NCBI GenBank assembly: GCA_013791705.1
Contig: VMTF01000025.1
Span: 1 to 60,997, forward strand
Source of the DNA: Sphingomonadales bacterium
Lineage (GTDB): Bacteria > Pseudomonadota > Alphaproteobacteria > Sphingomonadales > Sphingomonadaceae
Length of the DNA: 60,997 nucleotides
Direction: 5' to 3'
A program made the translations under genes and the position numbers. The notes below the pieces were generated by a model. That model searched no databases. It saw only the letters and a program-made list of their open reading frames with translations, and was not told the DNA's origin. Below are positions 50,517 through 60,997 of the stretch, one piece after another (the stretch's first letter is position 1; each line of letters starts with the position of its first letter).

Positions 50517-50871
50517 GGGCGGCGAGAATGGCCCGGCGCCGGACGGGCTGGCGGACGTGATCGCCTATCTCGAGCGCAAGCGCGGCAATGCCGGGCTGGT
50601 GGCCGGACGCAGCCCGGAGTTCGCCGAGCTGGCCCGCGACCGGGCGCGGCAGCTCGAAATCATGATCGATGAGCTGAAGGCCGGGCTGCACCAGGGCGAG
50701 GCCGCAGTGAGCTTAATGCTGTCGGCCGGATCGGCCGAGGAGCCCGGCAGTGCTGATGCCGCCGCCGATGAGCGCGCAGCCCGGAACACCGGGAGCGCAG
50801 GCGGCGTCATGCCGACAGCCGGATACCGCGGCGCGGGTGGGGCGGATTCGGCAAGCAAGGAGAGCGAATGA
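50509..50871 (+). CDS. Phage hypothetical protein
   Basis: GGAG SD; overlaps both neighbours; tail encoded by a structured element. Confidence 0.6.
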   Translation: MTEGGENGPAPDGLADVIAYLERKRGNAGLVAGRSPEFAELARDRARQLEIMIDELKAGLHQGEAAVSLMLSAGSAEEPGSADAAADERAARNTGSAGGVMPTAGYRGAGGADSASKESE

Positions 50872-52223
50872 TGGCACGTGGCGCAAACCGGGACGAGCCG
50901 GAGACCGGCGGCGGAACAGGCGGCGGCCCGCCGCCCGATCCGCGCAAGGCCGCCGTGAGGGTGCAGGCCGGGGTGTTGCACGCGGCGCTGAAGGACGTGA
51001 CCGGGGTGGTCGCCGGGCGCAACACGGTGCCGATCCTCGACCATGTGCTGTTCGCGGCCGGGGACGGGCGGATCACGCTGACCGCGACCGATCTCGACAT
51101 CTGGGTGACGCGCGATCTGGCCAGCAATGACCGGGACGGGCCGGACGGCGCCGAGTGGGTCAAATCGATCCGCCCGTTCGTGCTGACCCTGCCGGCGAAG
51201 GCGCTGCTGGCAGTGATCGGCGAGCTGGACAGCGAGGCGATGGTGACGATCGCGGCGCCGGGCCTTCGCCTTTCGCCAGGCTCAGGCCCCCAGGGTGAGC
51301 CTGGCGGCGATAATCGTGCGGCGATCAGCGCCGGGCGGGCGCGGTTCCGGCTGCACAGCCTGGCGCCGGACGATTTCCCGCAGCCGCCGCCGATGGCGGT
51401 CGCGGCCGGGTTCGAGTTGCCCTGCACGGTGCTGGGCGATGCCTTCGCGGCGGTGGAGCACGCGATCTCGACCGAGGAGACGCGCTATTACCTGAACGGG
51501 ATCTATCTGCATCCGTTTCAGGCGGGTGAGGGCGCGCCGATGGACCTGCGGATGGCGGCGACCGATGGCGCCCGGCTCGGGCGGGTGCTGCTTGACCTGC
51601 CCGACGGGGCGGCGAGCTTCCCGGCGGTGATCCTCGCGCGGCTGACCGTTGCGGTGCTGGACAAGCTGATGCTGGCGGCGATCAAGGGCGCGCCCGAGGA
51701 CGCCGAACCGCCGCGCATCCTGATCGAGGCGGCGAGCGAGGCGCCGGGCGCGCGGGTGCGGTTCGCCCTGCCGGCCGGCGATGGCGGCACGGTGGAGGTG
51801 ATCGCCAAGACGATCGACGGGAGCTTTCCCGATTATGCCCGGGTGATCCCGGCCGACCCACCGCTTCGCGCGGTGGTCGACCGGGCGGCGCTGCTCGCCG
51901 CGCTGCGGCGGGTGGCGGTGCTGGGCGCGGCCAAGAGCCGGGTGGTGCGCGCCAAGTTTGCCGCCGAGCAGCTGACCCTGACGGTGAGCACCCTCGAGCT
52001 GGGCGAGGCCTGCGAGGAACTGCCCTGCGCCTGGGCCGGCGAACCGCTGACGGTGGGGCTCGACAGCAAATACTGGCGCGAGGCGCTGCTCGCTTTGGAC
52101 GGGGACGAGGTGGCGCTCGGGCTGACCTATGCCGGCGCGCCGGTGCGGATGCGGGGCGTGGGGCGCGATGATGGATCGGAGAGCGACCGGCTTGTCCAGG
52201 TCGTGATGCCGGCGCGGGTGTGA
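50868..52223 (+). CDS. dnaN: Phage-encoded DNA polymerase III beta sliding clamp
   Basis: RNTVPILDHVL, LTATDLDI, DDFP, AISTEETRYYLNGIYL, ATDG.RL, K.IDGSFPDYARVIP, VVMPARV. Confidence 0.92.
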   Translation: MMARGANRDEPETGGGTGGGPPPDPRKAAVRVQAGVLHAALKDVTGVVAGRNTVPILDHVLFAAGDGRITLTATDLDIWVTRDLASNDRDGPDGAEWVKSIRPFVLTLPAKALLAVIGELDSEAMVTIAAPGLRLSPGSGPQGEPGGDNRAAISAGRARFRLHSLAPDDFPQPPPMAVAAGFELPCTVLGDAFAAVEHAISTEETRYYLNGIYLHPFQAGEGAPMDLRMAATDGARLGRVLLDLPDGAASFPAVILARLTVAVLDKLMLAAIKGAPEDAEPPRILIEAASEAPGARVRFALPAGDGGTVEVIAKTIDGSFPDYARVIPADPPLRAVVDRAALLAALRRVAVLGAAKSRVVRAKFAAEQLTLTVSTLELGEACEELPCAWAGEPLTVGLDSKYWREALLALDGDEVALGLTYAGAPVRMRGVGRDDGSESDRLVQVVMPARV

Positions 52224-52234
52224 GGGAGGTGGCG

Positions 52235-52510
52235 ATGCGCGATGATCTCAAAGTGCTTCACGGCACAATTCGGGAGGCCATATTCCGGATGATGGGCGCC
52301 CGCGAGCACGAAGGAGAGCCTTTCGTGCTTGCGGCGGTCGATGTCACCGGGATTCTTGGCGATGAGATCGCGATCCTGCTGGGCGCGATCGCAGACCAAC
52401 ACGAGCGGGCCAAGGTGGTCGAGCTATTCGGCAGGCATCTGGGTCCCGCCGTGGAACGGGCCCATCGGCTCGGCATGGCGGAGGCCGGGCTGGTGCCGGG
52501 CCTGCAATGA
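52235..52510 (+). CDS. Phage hypothetical protein
   Basis: GGAGG SD before MRDDLKV. Confidence 0.6.
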   Translation: MRDDLKVLHGTIREAIFRMMGAREHEGEPFVLAAVDVTGILGDEIAILLGAIADQHERAKVVELFGRHLGPAVERAHRLGMAEAGLVPGLQ

Positions 52511-52698
52511 TGGGTGCGCAGGCAGACATCGGGCCGAGCGGGCCGCGCCGCTGGCAGATCTATGCGCGGGCCAAGGAACTGCGGGCGCTGGCCGAGCTGG
52601 CGACCGCGCTGGCGGTGAGCGGGCCGGGGCAGGACCTGCCGCGCGCGCTGGCGCAGTTCGACCGGATGCGGGCGATATTGGGGGAGTGTGGCGAATGA
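52507..52698 (+). CDS. Phage hypothetical protein
   Basis: ATGA-coupled chain. Confidence 0.55.
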   Translation: MMGAQADIGPSGPRRWQIYARAKELRALAELATALAVSGPGQDLPRALAQFDRMRAILGECGE

Positions 52699-52919
52699 GC
52701 GGGCTAAGCCGGATTGCGGCGCTGGTGGTGATCGATATCGACGCGCTGACCGGCGAGATAATGAAATTCCGGTCTGCTCGCGCGCGCCGAGACGCGGCAG
52801 AAATAGCGCTGGCGGCGGCCAGGGCCGAGGATGCCGCGGCGGCGAAGGCTTACGAGCAGGCCGAAGCCGAGTTGAACCGGGTGTTCGATGATCTGGCCTG
52901 CGGGACAACGGAATCATGA
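52695..52919 (+). CDS. Small coiled-coil phage protein
   Basis: MSGLSRIAALVV...; ATGA overlaps at both ends. Confidence 0.55.
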   Translation: MSGLSRIAALVVIDIDALTGEIMKFRSARARRDAAEIALAAARAEDAAAAKAYEQAEAELNRVFDDLACGTTES

Positions 52920-53296
52920 CCGAAGCCGATGATCTGGCCCAGCGCCACGGGGTGACCCGCGACGACATCGAGGCCTGCGCCGACGAGGCGGTGCTGGCCG
53001 GATGGTTCGCCGCCTATGGCGAGACGATCGAGGAGCTGAAGGCCTTCGTCGAGGGGTTCCGCTTCACCGGCTCGGCCGATCCCGACTGGCTGCGCCGCAG
53101 CGGCGGGAAGCTCGGCTATCTCACGCTCACCCGGCGCCGGATCGAACGGCGGATGCTGACGCTCGGCTTCACCCCGCCCTGGTCTCCGCGCGACCCGCGC
53201 AGCGTGCTGATCCGGCGGCTCGAAGGCGAGGTGGCGCGGCTCCGGCGGCTGCTGGAAGCGGGCGATTCGGCAGTGGGGGAGGATGCAGATGGTTGA
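52916..53296 (+). CDS. Phage hypothetical protein
   Basis: Coupled ORF, GC3-rich. Confidence 0.6.
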   Translation: MTEADDLAQRHGVTRDDIEACADEAVLAGWFAAYGETIEELKAFVEGFRFTGSADPDWLRRSGGKLGYLTLTRRRIERRMLTLGFTPPWSPRDPRSVLIRRLEGEVARLRRLLEAGDSAVGEDADG

Positions 53297-53504
53297 GTGG
53301 TACAAGCCCGCCGCAAATCTCGACGAGGCGGCCGCGCTGCACCGGTTTCACCAGCGGGTCATGACCGAGTCGGCGGTTTCATCCGACGGCGAGGAATATC
53401 GCCGGCAAGCCGTGATTCCGGCCGGCTATCCGCAGCGTGGGCAATTCGCGAACCGCCATGCCTGGCGCGCGGCCGTCGCGCGCTGGCGGCGCGGTGATGC
53501 CTGA
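53289..53504 (+). CDS. Phage hypothetical protein
   Basis: GGAGG SD; ends 3 bp before dnaG. Confidence 0.55.
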   Translation: MVEWYKPAANLDEAAALHRFHQRVMTESAVSSDGEEYRRQAVIPAGYPQRGQFANRHAWRAAVARWRRGDA

Positions 53505-53507
53505 ACC

Positions 53508-55315
<1,808 letters not shown>

Positions 55316-55319
<4 letters not shown>

Positions 55320-55498
55320 GCGGGAATGCCAGGCCCTGGCTCCACCGCGTCGGGAAAGCGGCGCTGTCCGGCCTGACTGACGACGAAGTGCGCGAGCGCG
55401 GATTCGCCGTCGCGCTTTCGGCGATGCGCGCGGCCTATCACGCCCGGCGCGAGGCCGGGGAGGCCGCCACCACCACCGGCCGGCCGGAACAGCCATGA
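55316..55498 (+). CDS. Small phage protein
   Basis: ATGA overlaps with dnaG and the helicase. Confidence 0.6.
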
Positions 55499-57135
55499 AG
55501 CGCCTCACCCCGCTGGAACGGGCGAAATTGCTGCGCAACGATTCGGGCAATGCGCGGCGGCTGTTCGAGGCCGCGCGCGGCGAGAATGGCGAGGCCAAGC
55601 TGCTGTGGCTGGCCGACGGCAACGGCGGCAAGGGCTGCTGGGTGGCGTTTGACGGGGTGCGCTGGTCGATCGACGAGGGGCCGGCGCTGGCGCTGGCCTT
55701 TGCCCAGAAGGCGGCCGCGGGGATCATCGACGAGGTCGCGGCGGTGCGGGATGCCGAACCAGAGGAGCTGTCCGCCGTGTTCGGGCCGAAGTTCACCCGC
55801 GAAATGGCCGACGAGCTGATGACGCATCTGTATGGCTGGGCGGTGAAATCGGGTGACATGGCCAAGATTTCCGGGATGCAGGGCGCGTTCAAGGGGCTGC
55901 GGGACGGCGAGGAGGGTCCGTTCGTCACGCAGGCGTGGCTGCGCGAGTGCGATGCGCAGCCGCTGGCCTATCACGTCGGCAACGGCACGGTGCGGTTTAT
56001 CCTTCGACAGGCTCAGGATGGGCCGGAAGTGTGGGAGCACCAGTTCACGCCGGGGCACCACGCGGGTGACCGCTTCATGCAGATCGCGAATGTTGCCTAT
56101 GATGCCGGGGCAACCGCGCCGGCATGGATCACGCGGATGGAAGTGATGCACCATGACCCGGTGCAGCGCACGGCGATCCAGCGGATTTACGGCATGACGC
56201 TGACCGCGCTGATCACCGACCAGGCGTTCTACATCTTCCAGGGCAAGGGGCAGGACGGCAAGAGCCTGACCAACGACGTGATCTGCCAGCTGCACGGTCC
56301 CTATGCCCGCAAGACCGATCCCAAGACCTTCCTCGAAGGCCCAGCGCAGGCCGGATCGGCGCACCAGAGCGATATCGTGCGGCTTTCCGGCGATATCCGC
56401 CTGGTGGTGGGCGACGAGCCGAAGAAGAACAGCACCTGGGATGGCCAGCGGATCAAGCAGGCAACCGGCAGCGAGATGATCGCGCGCGGCGCCCATGCCA
56501 CGACCGAAATGAGTTTCGTGCCGCACTGGCAACTGATCTTCGAGTGCAACGGGCTGCCCAAGGCGCCCAGCGACGATCGGGGCTTTCGCCGGCGCTTCAA
56601 GCTTTACCCGTGGGTGATCCAGTTCGGCGTGACGCCGGGCGTTCCGGATGAGCCGGGCGACGTGGTCAAGGCCCGGTTGCAGGGCGAACTGCCGGGCATT
56701 CTCAACTGGATGATCGCCGGCTGCCTCGAATGGCTGGGCGACCGGGTAATCCCGCAGCCGGCGGCGTCGCAGCGGGCCAGCGCCAGCTTCTGGGCGACCA
56801 GCAGCGCGCTGGGCGAATGGATCGAGAGCTGCTGCGACCTGACCGATCCCGAGGCGCGCAGCGAGGCCACGCCGCTCTACCAGGCCTTCCGGCAGTTCTG
56901 CATCGATCGCGGCGACAAGGAAGACCGGATCATGAGCCAGACGACCTTTGGGCTGCGGCTCAACGATGCGCAGATCTACTCCGTGCCCAACCATGCGACG
57001 GGCAAGAAGGAGCGGGTGGGAATCAGGCTCAAGGCGGGCGGTGGCGGAGCCGGGGATGCCGGGACCGGCGGGGCGGGCGAGGGCTGGTTGCCGCCGGGAT
57101 CGGATGACGATCTCGATCCGTTCGGTGCGCCATGA
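55495..57135 (+). CDS. D5/P4-family SF3 helicase
   Basis: ND.GNARR D5_N segment; Walker A GKGQDGKS; Walker B LVVGDE; IKQATG; CN..P; DRGFRRR; GILNW. Confidence 0.9.
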   Translation: MKRLTPLERAKLLRNDSGNARRLFEAARGENGEAKLLWLADGNGGKGCWVAFDGVRWSIDEGPALALAFAQKAAAGIIDEVAAVRDAEPEELSAVFGPKFTREMADELMTHLYGWAVKSGDMAKISGMQGAFKGLRDGEEGPFVTQAWLRECDAQPLAYHVGNGTVRFILRQAQDGPEVWEHQFTPGHHAGDRFMQIANVAYDAGATAPAWITRMEVMHHDPVQRTAIQRIYGMTLTALITDQAFYIFQGKGQDGKSLTNDVICQLHGPYARKTDPKTFLEGPAQAGSAHQSDIVRLSGDIRLVVGDEPKKNSTWDGQRIKQATGSEMIARGAHATTEMSFVPHWQLIFECNGLPKAPSDDRGFRRRFKLYPWVIQFGVTPGVPDEPGDVVKARLQGELPGILNWMIAGCLEWLGDRVIPQPAASQRASASFWATSSALGEWIESCCDLTDPEARSEATPLYQAFRQFCIDRGDKEDRIMSQTTFGLRLNDAQIYSVPNHATGKKERVGIRLKAGGGGAGDAGTGGAGEGWLPPGSDDDLDPFGAP

Positions 57136-57158
57136 CGGGGTGGGTTGCCGAAGTGGTG

Positions 57159-57420
57159 AACTGTCGGGCGAACTGTCCGGGCAACCGTCTGGCAGGGTGT
57201 CGGGACGGGGTGCGGCAGCGGCGCTGGCGGCGGGCGGAAGGGGCTGAAACCGGGCGAGCCGACAGCTTTCCAGACAGTCGCCGGACAGTTGGACTGACAG
57301 TCTGGAAGCCGCTTTTCTGCGGGGTTCAGACAGGTCCGACAGGTTTGGCCGTAATTGGTCCAAGGCCTGTGCGGGCGCGCGCACAAGGGAATGAATTCTG
57401 TTCTTAACTGTAAGGGTATC
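57159..57420. repeat. Candidate replication origin: opposed iteron arrays plus AT-rich tract
   Basis: AACTGTC-like units every 12 bp (57159, 57171, 57183, 57195); GACAG units at 57261, 57273, 57284, 57296, 57329, 57338; AT-rich 57388-57420. Confidence 0.6.
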
Positions 57421-57431
57421 GGAGCAACACA

Positions 57432-58214
57432 ATGGTCAGCATCCTCAGGAGCGAAGTCACCCAGGTGCACGAGACGCCCGGCGCGGGTGCGCGGCCGTGG
57501 GAGCGGACCGGACGGATCGATGTCGAGCAGCTCGCCCGGTGGGCCTATGGGGTGCAGATGGTGGACCGGTTCGAGCGGACCGGGCTTCATGCGATCGAGG
57601 CGGCGGCGATGGGCTATGAGGTGAGCGGGCTCTCGACCGACGGGGTGGGCCAGATGATGCAGATCGGCCATCTCGGCGCGCGGATCGATCGGCGCGGCGG
57701 ACTGGTGCGCGACGTGGTGCATCCGGCCGCCTATGCGGTCGCGGTGGCGCTGGGACAGGTCGACGGCGGCGAGCGGGTCCGCGCCCATGCGCGCGCCGGG
57801 ACGCGGCCCTCGGCCTGGGTGCCGCCGGAGCACCGGGTGCGCCCGCGGATGTGGGTCAAGGAAGGGCGCGAGGGTCAGGTCGAGTATCAGGGGCCGGGGC
57901 GCAAGGGCGGGTATTGTCCGGTCATCATCGTGTGGGACCGCTCGCGCGAGGCATGGGGGCGCGCGGACTATGCGCAGTGGCACGGGGCGCTGGTCGAGCT
58001 GGCCTGGCGGCTGTCGATGCGGGCGCTGGGTTTCCTGGTCACCGGGCCGGAAGCGGCGGCCGAGCCGTGGTCGGGCGAGGGGAAATCGGACGGGCGGGGA
58101 CCGGTTTCGCTTGACGAATCGGCCGGGGCCACCCCCCCCCTCGCGGGTCCTCCCAGCGCCCCCCAACGCAATGGGGTGCGGCAGCGCGTAAGGCGGGGGT
58201 TTTCTGATTTTTAG
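57432..58214 (+). CDS. Phage hypothetical protein in the late-regulator position
   Basis: GGAG SD; lies between replication and packaging modules. Confidence 0.65.
   Translation: MVSILRSEVTQVHETPGAGARPWERTGRIDVEQLARWAYGVQMVDRFERTGLHAIEAAAMGYEVSGLSTDGVGQMMQIGHLGARIDRRGGLVRDVVHPAAYAVAVALGQVDGGERVRAHARAGTRPSAWVPPEHRVRPRMWVKEGREGQVEYQGPGRKGGYCPVIIVWDRSREAWGRADYAQWHGALVELAWRLSMRALGFLVTGPEAAAEPWSGEGKSDGRGPVSLDESAGATPPLAGPPSAPQRNGVRQRVRRGFSDF
58145..58188 (+). other. Putative lambda-like cos site (cosQ + cosN)
   Basis: GGGTCCT (identical to lambda cosQ), then GGGGTGCGGCAG-CGCG 21 nt later; about 120 bp upstream of terS. Confidence 0.55.
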
Positions 58215-58310
58215 GGCAAGTCTCGGTTTTGCTTGGGTTTTTTGTTCTTGCTTTGCGGCGGCTTGCGGCGGGAACGTAACGAAATTGCGGGGATTGGCCG
58301 GAGCGTGTCG

Positions 58311-58865
58311 ATGATCGTCAACATGGATGAATTCTCGGAACTCTGCGGGGTCACCTCGGAGACGATGCGGGTTCATGTGCGGACGGTCGAGGGCAACCCG
58401 GCCTGGTTGCTCGAGCGCGGGTCGCGCGGGCGGGATTACAAGATCGACGCCGATGGCGGGGTGGGGTGGTGGAAAGCGCGGCGCGAGGCGGATGAACTGG
58501 CATCGGCCGAGCGGCAGGCGCAGTTGCAGCAGCTCCGGCTCGAACTGCTCGGCGAGGCGGTGGAGGACGAAGAGTCGCTGGGCCTGTCGGGCCGCCAGAA
58601 GCGCGAGGAATATGCGGCGGTCGTGGAGCGGATCAAGCTGCGCCGGATGATGGGCGAGCTGGTCGAATGGATCGAACTCGAACCGTTGCTGGCCAACGCG
58701 GCGGTCGAGATCCGGCGCAAGCTGGCGCTTGTCCCAGGCGAATATGCCGCGCTCACCGGAATGACGCACGACGAAGTCAAGCCGCTGGCCGGCCTGATCG
58801 AACGTGCGGTCGACGCCTTCGTGAAAACTTTGCCGTCCCGGCCGGGAGCGAAACCGGATGCTTGA
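58311..58865 (+). CDS. Terminase small subunit (Nu1-like)
   Basis: N-terminal wHTH VNMDEFSELCGVT..T; coiled coil ending GELV; overlaps terL. Confidence 0.8.
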   Translation: MIVNMDEFSELCGVTSETMRVHVRTVEGNPAWLLERGSRGRDYKIDADGGVGWWKARREADELASAERQAQLQQLRLELLGEAVEDEESLGLSGRQKREEYAAVVERIKLRRMMGELVEWIELEPLLANAAVEIRRKLALVPGEYAALTGMTHDEVKPLAGLIERAVDAFVKTLPSRPGAKPDA

Positions 58866-60997
58866 TTTCGGGCAGAACGAGCAACTCGCCTTCGCGGACC
58901 CGGCCGAACTGGTCGGCCGCACGCTGGGCGAAATGCGATTCCCCGAAAAGGTGCCGGTCTCGATCGCGGCGCGGCGCCACCGCGAATTGAGCAACCCCGG
59001 CGCCTATTCCGGCCCCTGGGGCGGCGGGCCATATTTCGTCGATCACCTCGACCGGATCATGGACTGTCTCGGCGGAGACTCGCCCTATCGCGAAGTCGGG
59101 GTGATCGGGCCGGCCCAGACCGGCAAGTCCGAGATCGGAAACAACTGGCAGCTGCACGCGATCATCTACGATCCGGCCGACATGCTGTTCGTGATGCCTG
59201 ACCGCACTTCGATCGACAGCTACGTGAAGACCCAGTTCGACAAGATGATCGAACTGACCCCGGCACTGCAGGACCGGATGCTGGCGGGCGCATCGGCCGA
59301 TACGATCAATCTCAAGCGGTTTCGCGGCGCGGACCTGTTTTTCCTGTGGCCATCAGGGCCGACCTTCCGCGCCCGGCCGATTCCGCGCGGGCGGCTCGAT
59401 GATTATGACGACATCCCCGGCGATATCGCCGACCAGGGCGATGCGATCTCGCTGCTACGCGGGCGCATGGGGGCCTTCGCCGCCTATGGCCAGACGATGA
59501 TCTACGTCAATTCGACCCCGAAGCTCGGCCCGCAGGCCGGGATCGAGGGGTTCGTTGCCGGCGGCACCGACGAGCGGCTGTGGGTCGATTGCTTGCAGTG
59601 CGGCGAGCCGTTCGCGCTCTATGGCGATCGGCTTGATTTTGATCGGCAGGGCACCCCGCGCGATGCGGCGCTTTCTGCCTCGGTGGTCTGCCCGGAGTGC
59701 GGTGGCGCCCATGGCCAGCGCGACAAGCGCGCGCTGCTCGCCGGTTATCGCTGGATCGGCAAGGGCGAACAGGCCATCGCGCGGGCCAGGGAACCGGCGG
59801 GCAAGATCGGCGAGCTTGAGCCGAATGTCCGGGCCGGGTTCCGGCTCGACGGACTGTTCGGGTTTCGCCCCTGGCGCGAGATCGCCGAGCTGGGCCGCGC
59901 GGCCGAACTGAAGTTCGAATTCGAACAGGATGACGGGGGGCTGAAATCCTGGGACCAGACCGTGATCGGCCGCAACTTCCGGCCGCGCTCGGGCAATTCC
60001 GATCCGGTGAGCGAGAGCGACCTGCAGCGCCGGGCCAGGGCCTCGCCCTATGCGCTGGGCGAAGTGCCGCCCGGCGCGGAAGTGCTGATCGCGTCGATCG
60101 ATCAGCAGGGCAACCGGTTCGAGGTTTCGGTCTGGGGGTTCGGGCACAACTTCAAGGCCTGGCTGGTCGATCGCTTCCCGCTGCTGACGGTGGAGGAAGA
60201 CGGGCGCGAGCGGCCGCTGCGGCCGTTCACCCGGCCGGAGGATTGGGGGGTGATCCATCGCAAGGTGATGACGCGCACTTATCCGCTCGCCGGCGCTGCG
60301 CATCTGCGGATGAAGATCTTCAACACGGTGATCGATACCGGCGGGCTCGACAACGCGACCGACAACGCCTTCGCCTGGTGGCACGCGATGGTCGCCGGCG
60401 ACGTGGCGTCCGGGCGCGGGGCGATCCCGCCGACCGCGATCACGCTTTACAAGGGCGGCAACAACCCGAAGGGCCGGCTGCTGCCGCCGCCGACTGTTGA
60501 TGCCAAGCGCCAGATCAAGGGCGCGCCGCAAGCCGAGATGTTCATTCCGAACGTGAACCGGATGAAGGACATTCTCGATGTCCGGCTCAACCGCAAGGAC
60601 GATGGCCCGGGCTATGTCAGCTTCCCGCACGACGTGCCGCACGCCTACCTCGCCGAGCTGCGAGCCGAGACGAAGCAGGGCGAATTGTGGGTGCGGCCGC
60701 AACACACGGCGAACGAAACGATGGACCTTTACGTGATGGCCTACACGGTCGTGCTGCGGTTCGGCGGCAGCGATGCGAGCCTGGGCTGGGTGCCGGCCTG
60801 GGCGCGCCCGCCGCGCGGCGGGCCGGAGCGGCTCGCCCCCCGCGCCGCGGCGGCGGCGCGCCGGGTGCCGGCCGCCGGCCACGAGGCCCCGCCGGAGACT
60901 TCGCCGGGGGTGCGAATCGGGCGCCAGGCGACCCCCGGACAAGGCGGCCGAATCGGGGTGAAAAACGGCCGGCGGGGCATCCGATCGGTGCGTTCCC
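58858..60997 (+). CDS. Terminase large subunit (lambda GpA family), 3'-truncated; absent from the ORF track
   Basis: Read by hand: MLDFGQNEQ...; Walker A GPAQTGKSE; LDDYD; NSTP; CLQCG and CPECG; IDQQGNRFE; IDTGG; ANETMDL; no stop seen before the window end. Confidence 0.9.
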   Translation, partial: MLDFGQNEQLAFADPAELVGRTLGEMRFPEKVPVSIAARRHRELSNPGAYSGPWGGGPYFVDHLDRIMDCLGGDSPYREVGVIGPAQTGKSEIGNNWQLHAIIYDPADMLFVMPDRTSIDSYVKTQFDKMIELTPALQDRMLAGASADTINLKRFRGADLFFLWPSGPTFRARPIPRGRLDDYDDIPGDIADQGDAISLLRGRMGAFAAYGQTMIYVNSTPKLGPQAGIEGFVAGGTDERLWVDCLQCGEPFALYGDRLDFDRQGTPRDAALSASVVCPECGGAHGQRDKRALLAGYRWIGKGEQAIARAREPAGKIGELEPNVRAGFRLDGLFGFRPWREIAELGRAAELKFEFEQDDGGLKSWDQTVIGRNFRPRSGNSDPVSESDLQRRARASPYALGEVPPGAEVLIASIDQQGNRFEVSVWGFGHNFKAWLVDRFPLLTVEEDGRERPLRPFTRPEDWGVIHRKVMTRTYPLAGAAHLRMKIFNTVIDTGGLDNATDNAFAWWHAMVAGDVASGRGAIPPTAITLYKGGNNPKGRLLPPPTVDAKRQIKGAPQAEMFIPNVNRMKDILDVRLNRKDDGPGYVSFPHDVPHAYLAELRAETKQGELWVRPQHTANETMDLYVMAYTVVLRFGGSDASLGWVPAWARPPRGGPERLAPRAAAAARRVPAAGHEAPPETSPGVRIGRQATPGQGGRIGVKNGRRGIRSVRS

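Noticed and set aside
50753-50810. Hammerhead ribozyme suggested by CTGATG
   Set aside because: The core needs CUGAnGA and GAAA; neither copy has them
57159-57345. CRISPR array or the 91-aa ORF 57132-57407
   Set aside because: Units are only 5-12 bp with no unique spacers and no cas genes; the ORF is just the translated repeats

Overview
GC-rich alphaproteobacterial chromosome; gene order and protein sequences suggest Sphingomonadales (Novosphingobium/Erythrobacter-like; inference). 1-13.1 kb: 3' part of a giant repetitive adhesin and its Lap-type type I secretion locus (OmpA-family protein, TolC, ABC transporter, an embedded cell-wall hydrolase, HlyD, LapG-like protease). 13.3-38.0 kb: housekeeping backbone (acs, telA, fatty acyl-AMP ligase, recX, aat, tRNA-Trp, bfd-bfr, secE, nusG, rplK, rplA, corA, a small RNA, rimO, surE, serS). 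38.04 kb to the end: a lambdoid-organised temperate prophage integrated at tRNA-Val(CAC), with int/xis, a long leftward early operon, a cI/cro/cII switch with visible operators, a replication module, a candidate origin and cos site, and terminase (runs off the window). The most unusual items are in the prophage: a DnaG primase fused to a GapR/DUF2312-like domain next to a phage beta-clamp and SF3 helicase; an acyl-carrier-protein homologue lacking the phosphopantetheine serine inside a radical-SAM/ParB/MT-A70 cluster; an HNH gene that carries the C-terminal tail of the gene it follows; and two related structured elements embedded in-frame in early genes. All family assignments come from motif recognition by eye, not database searches.
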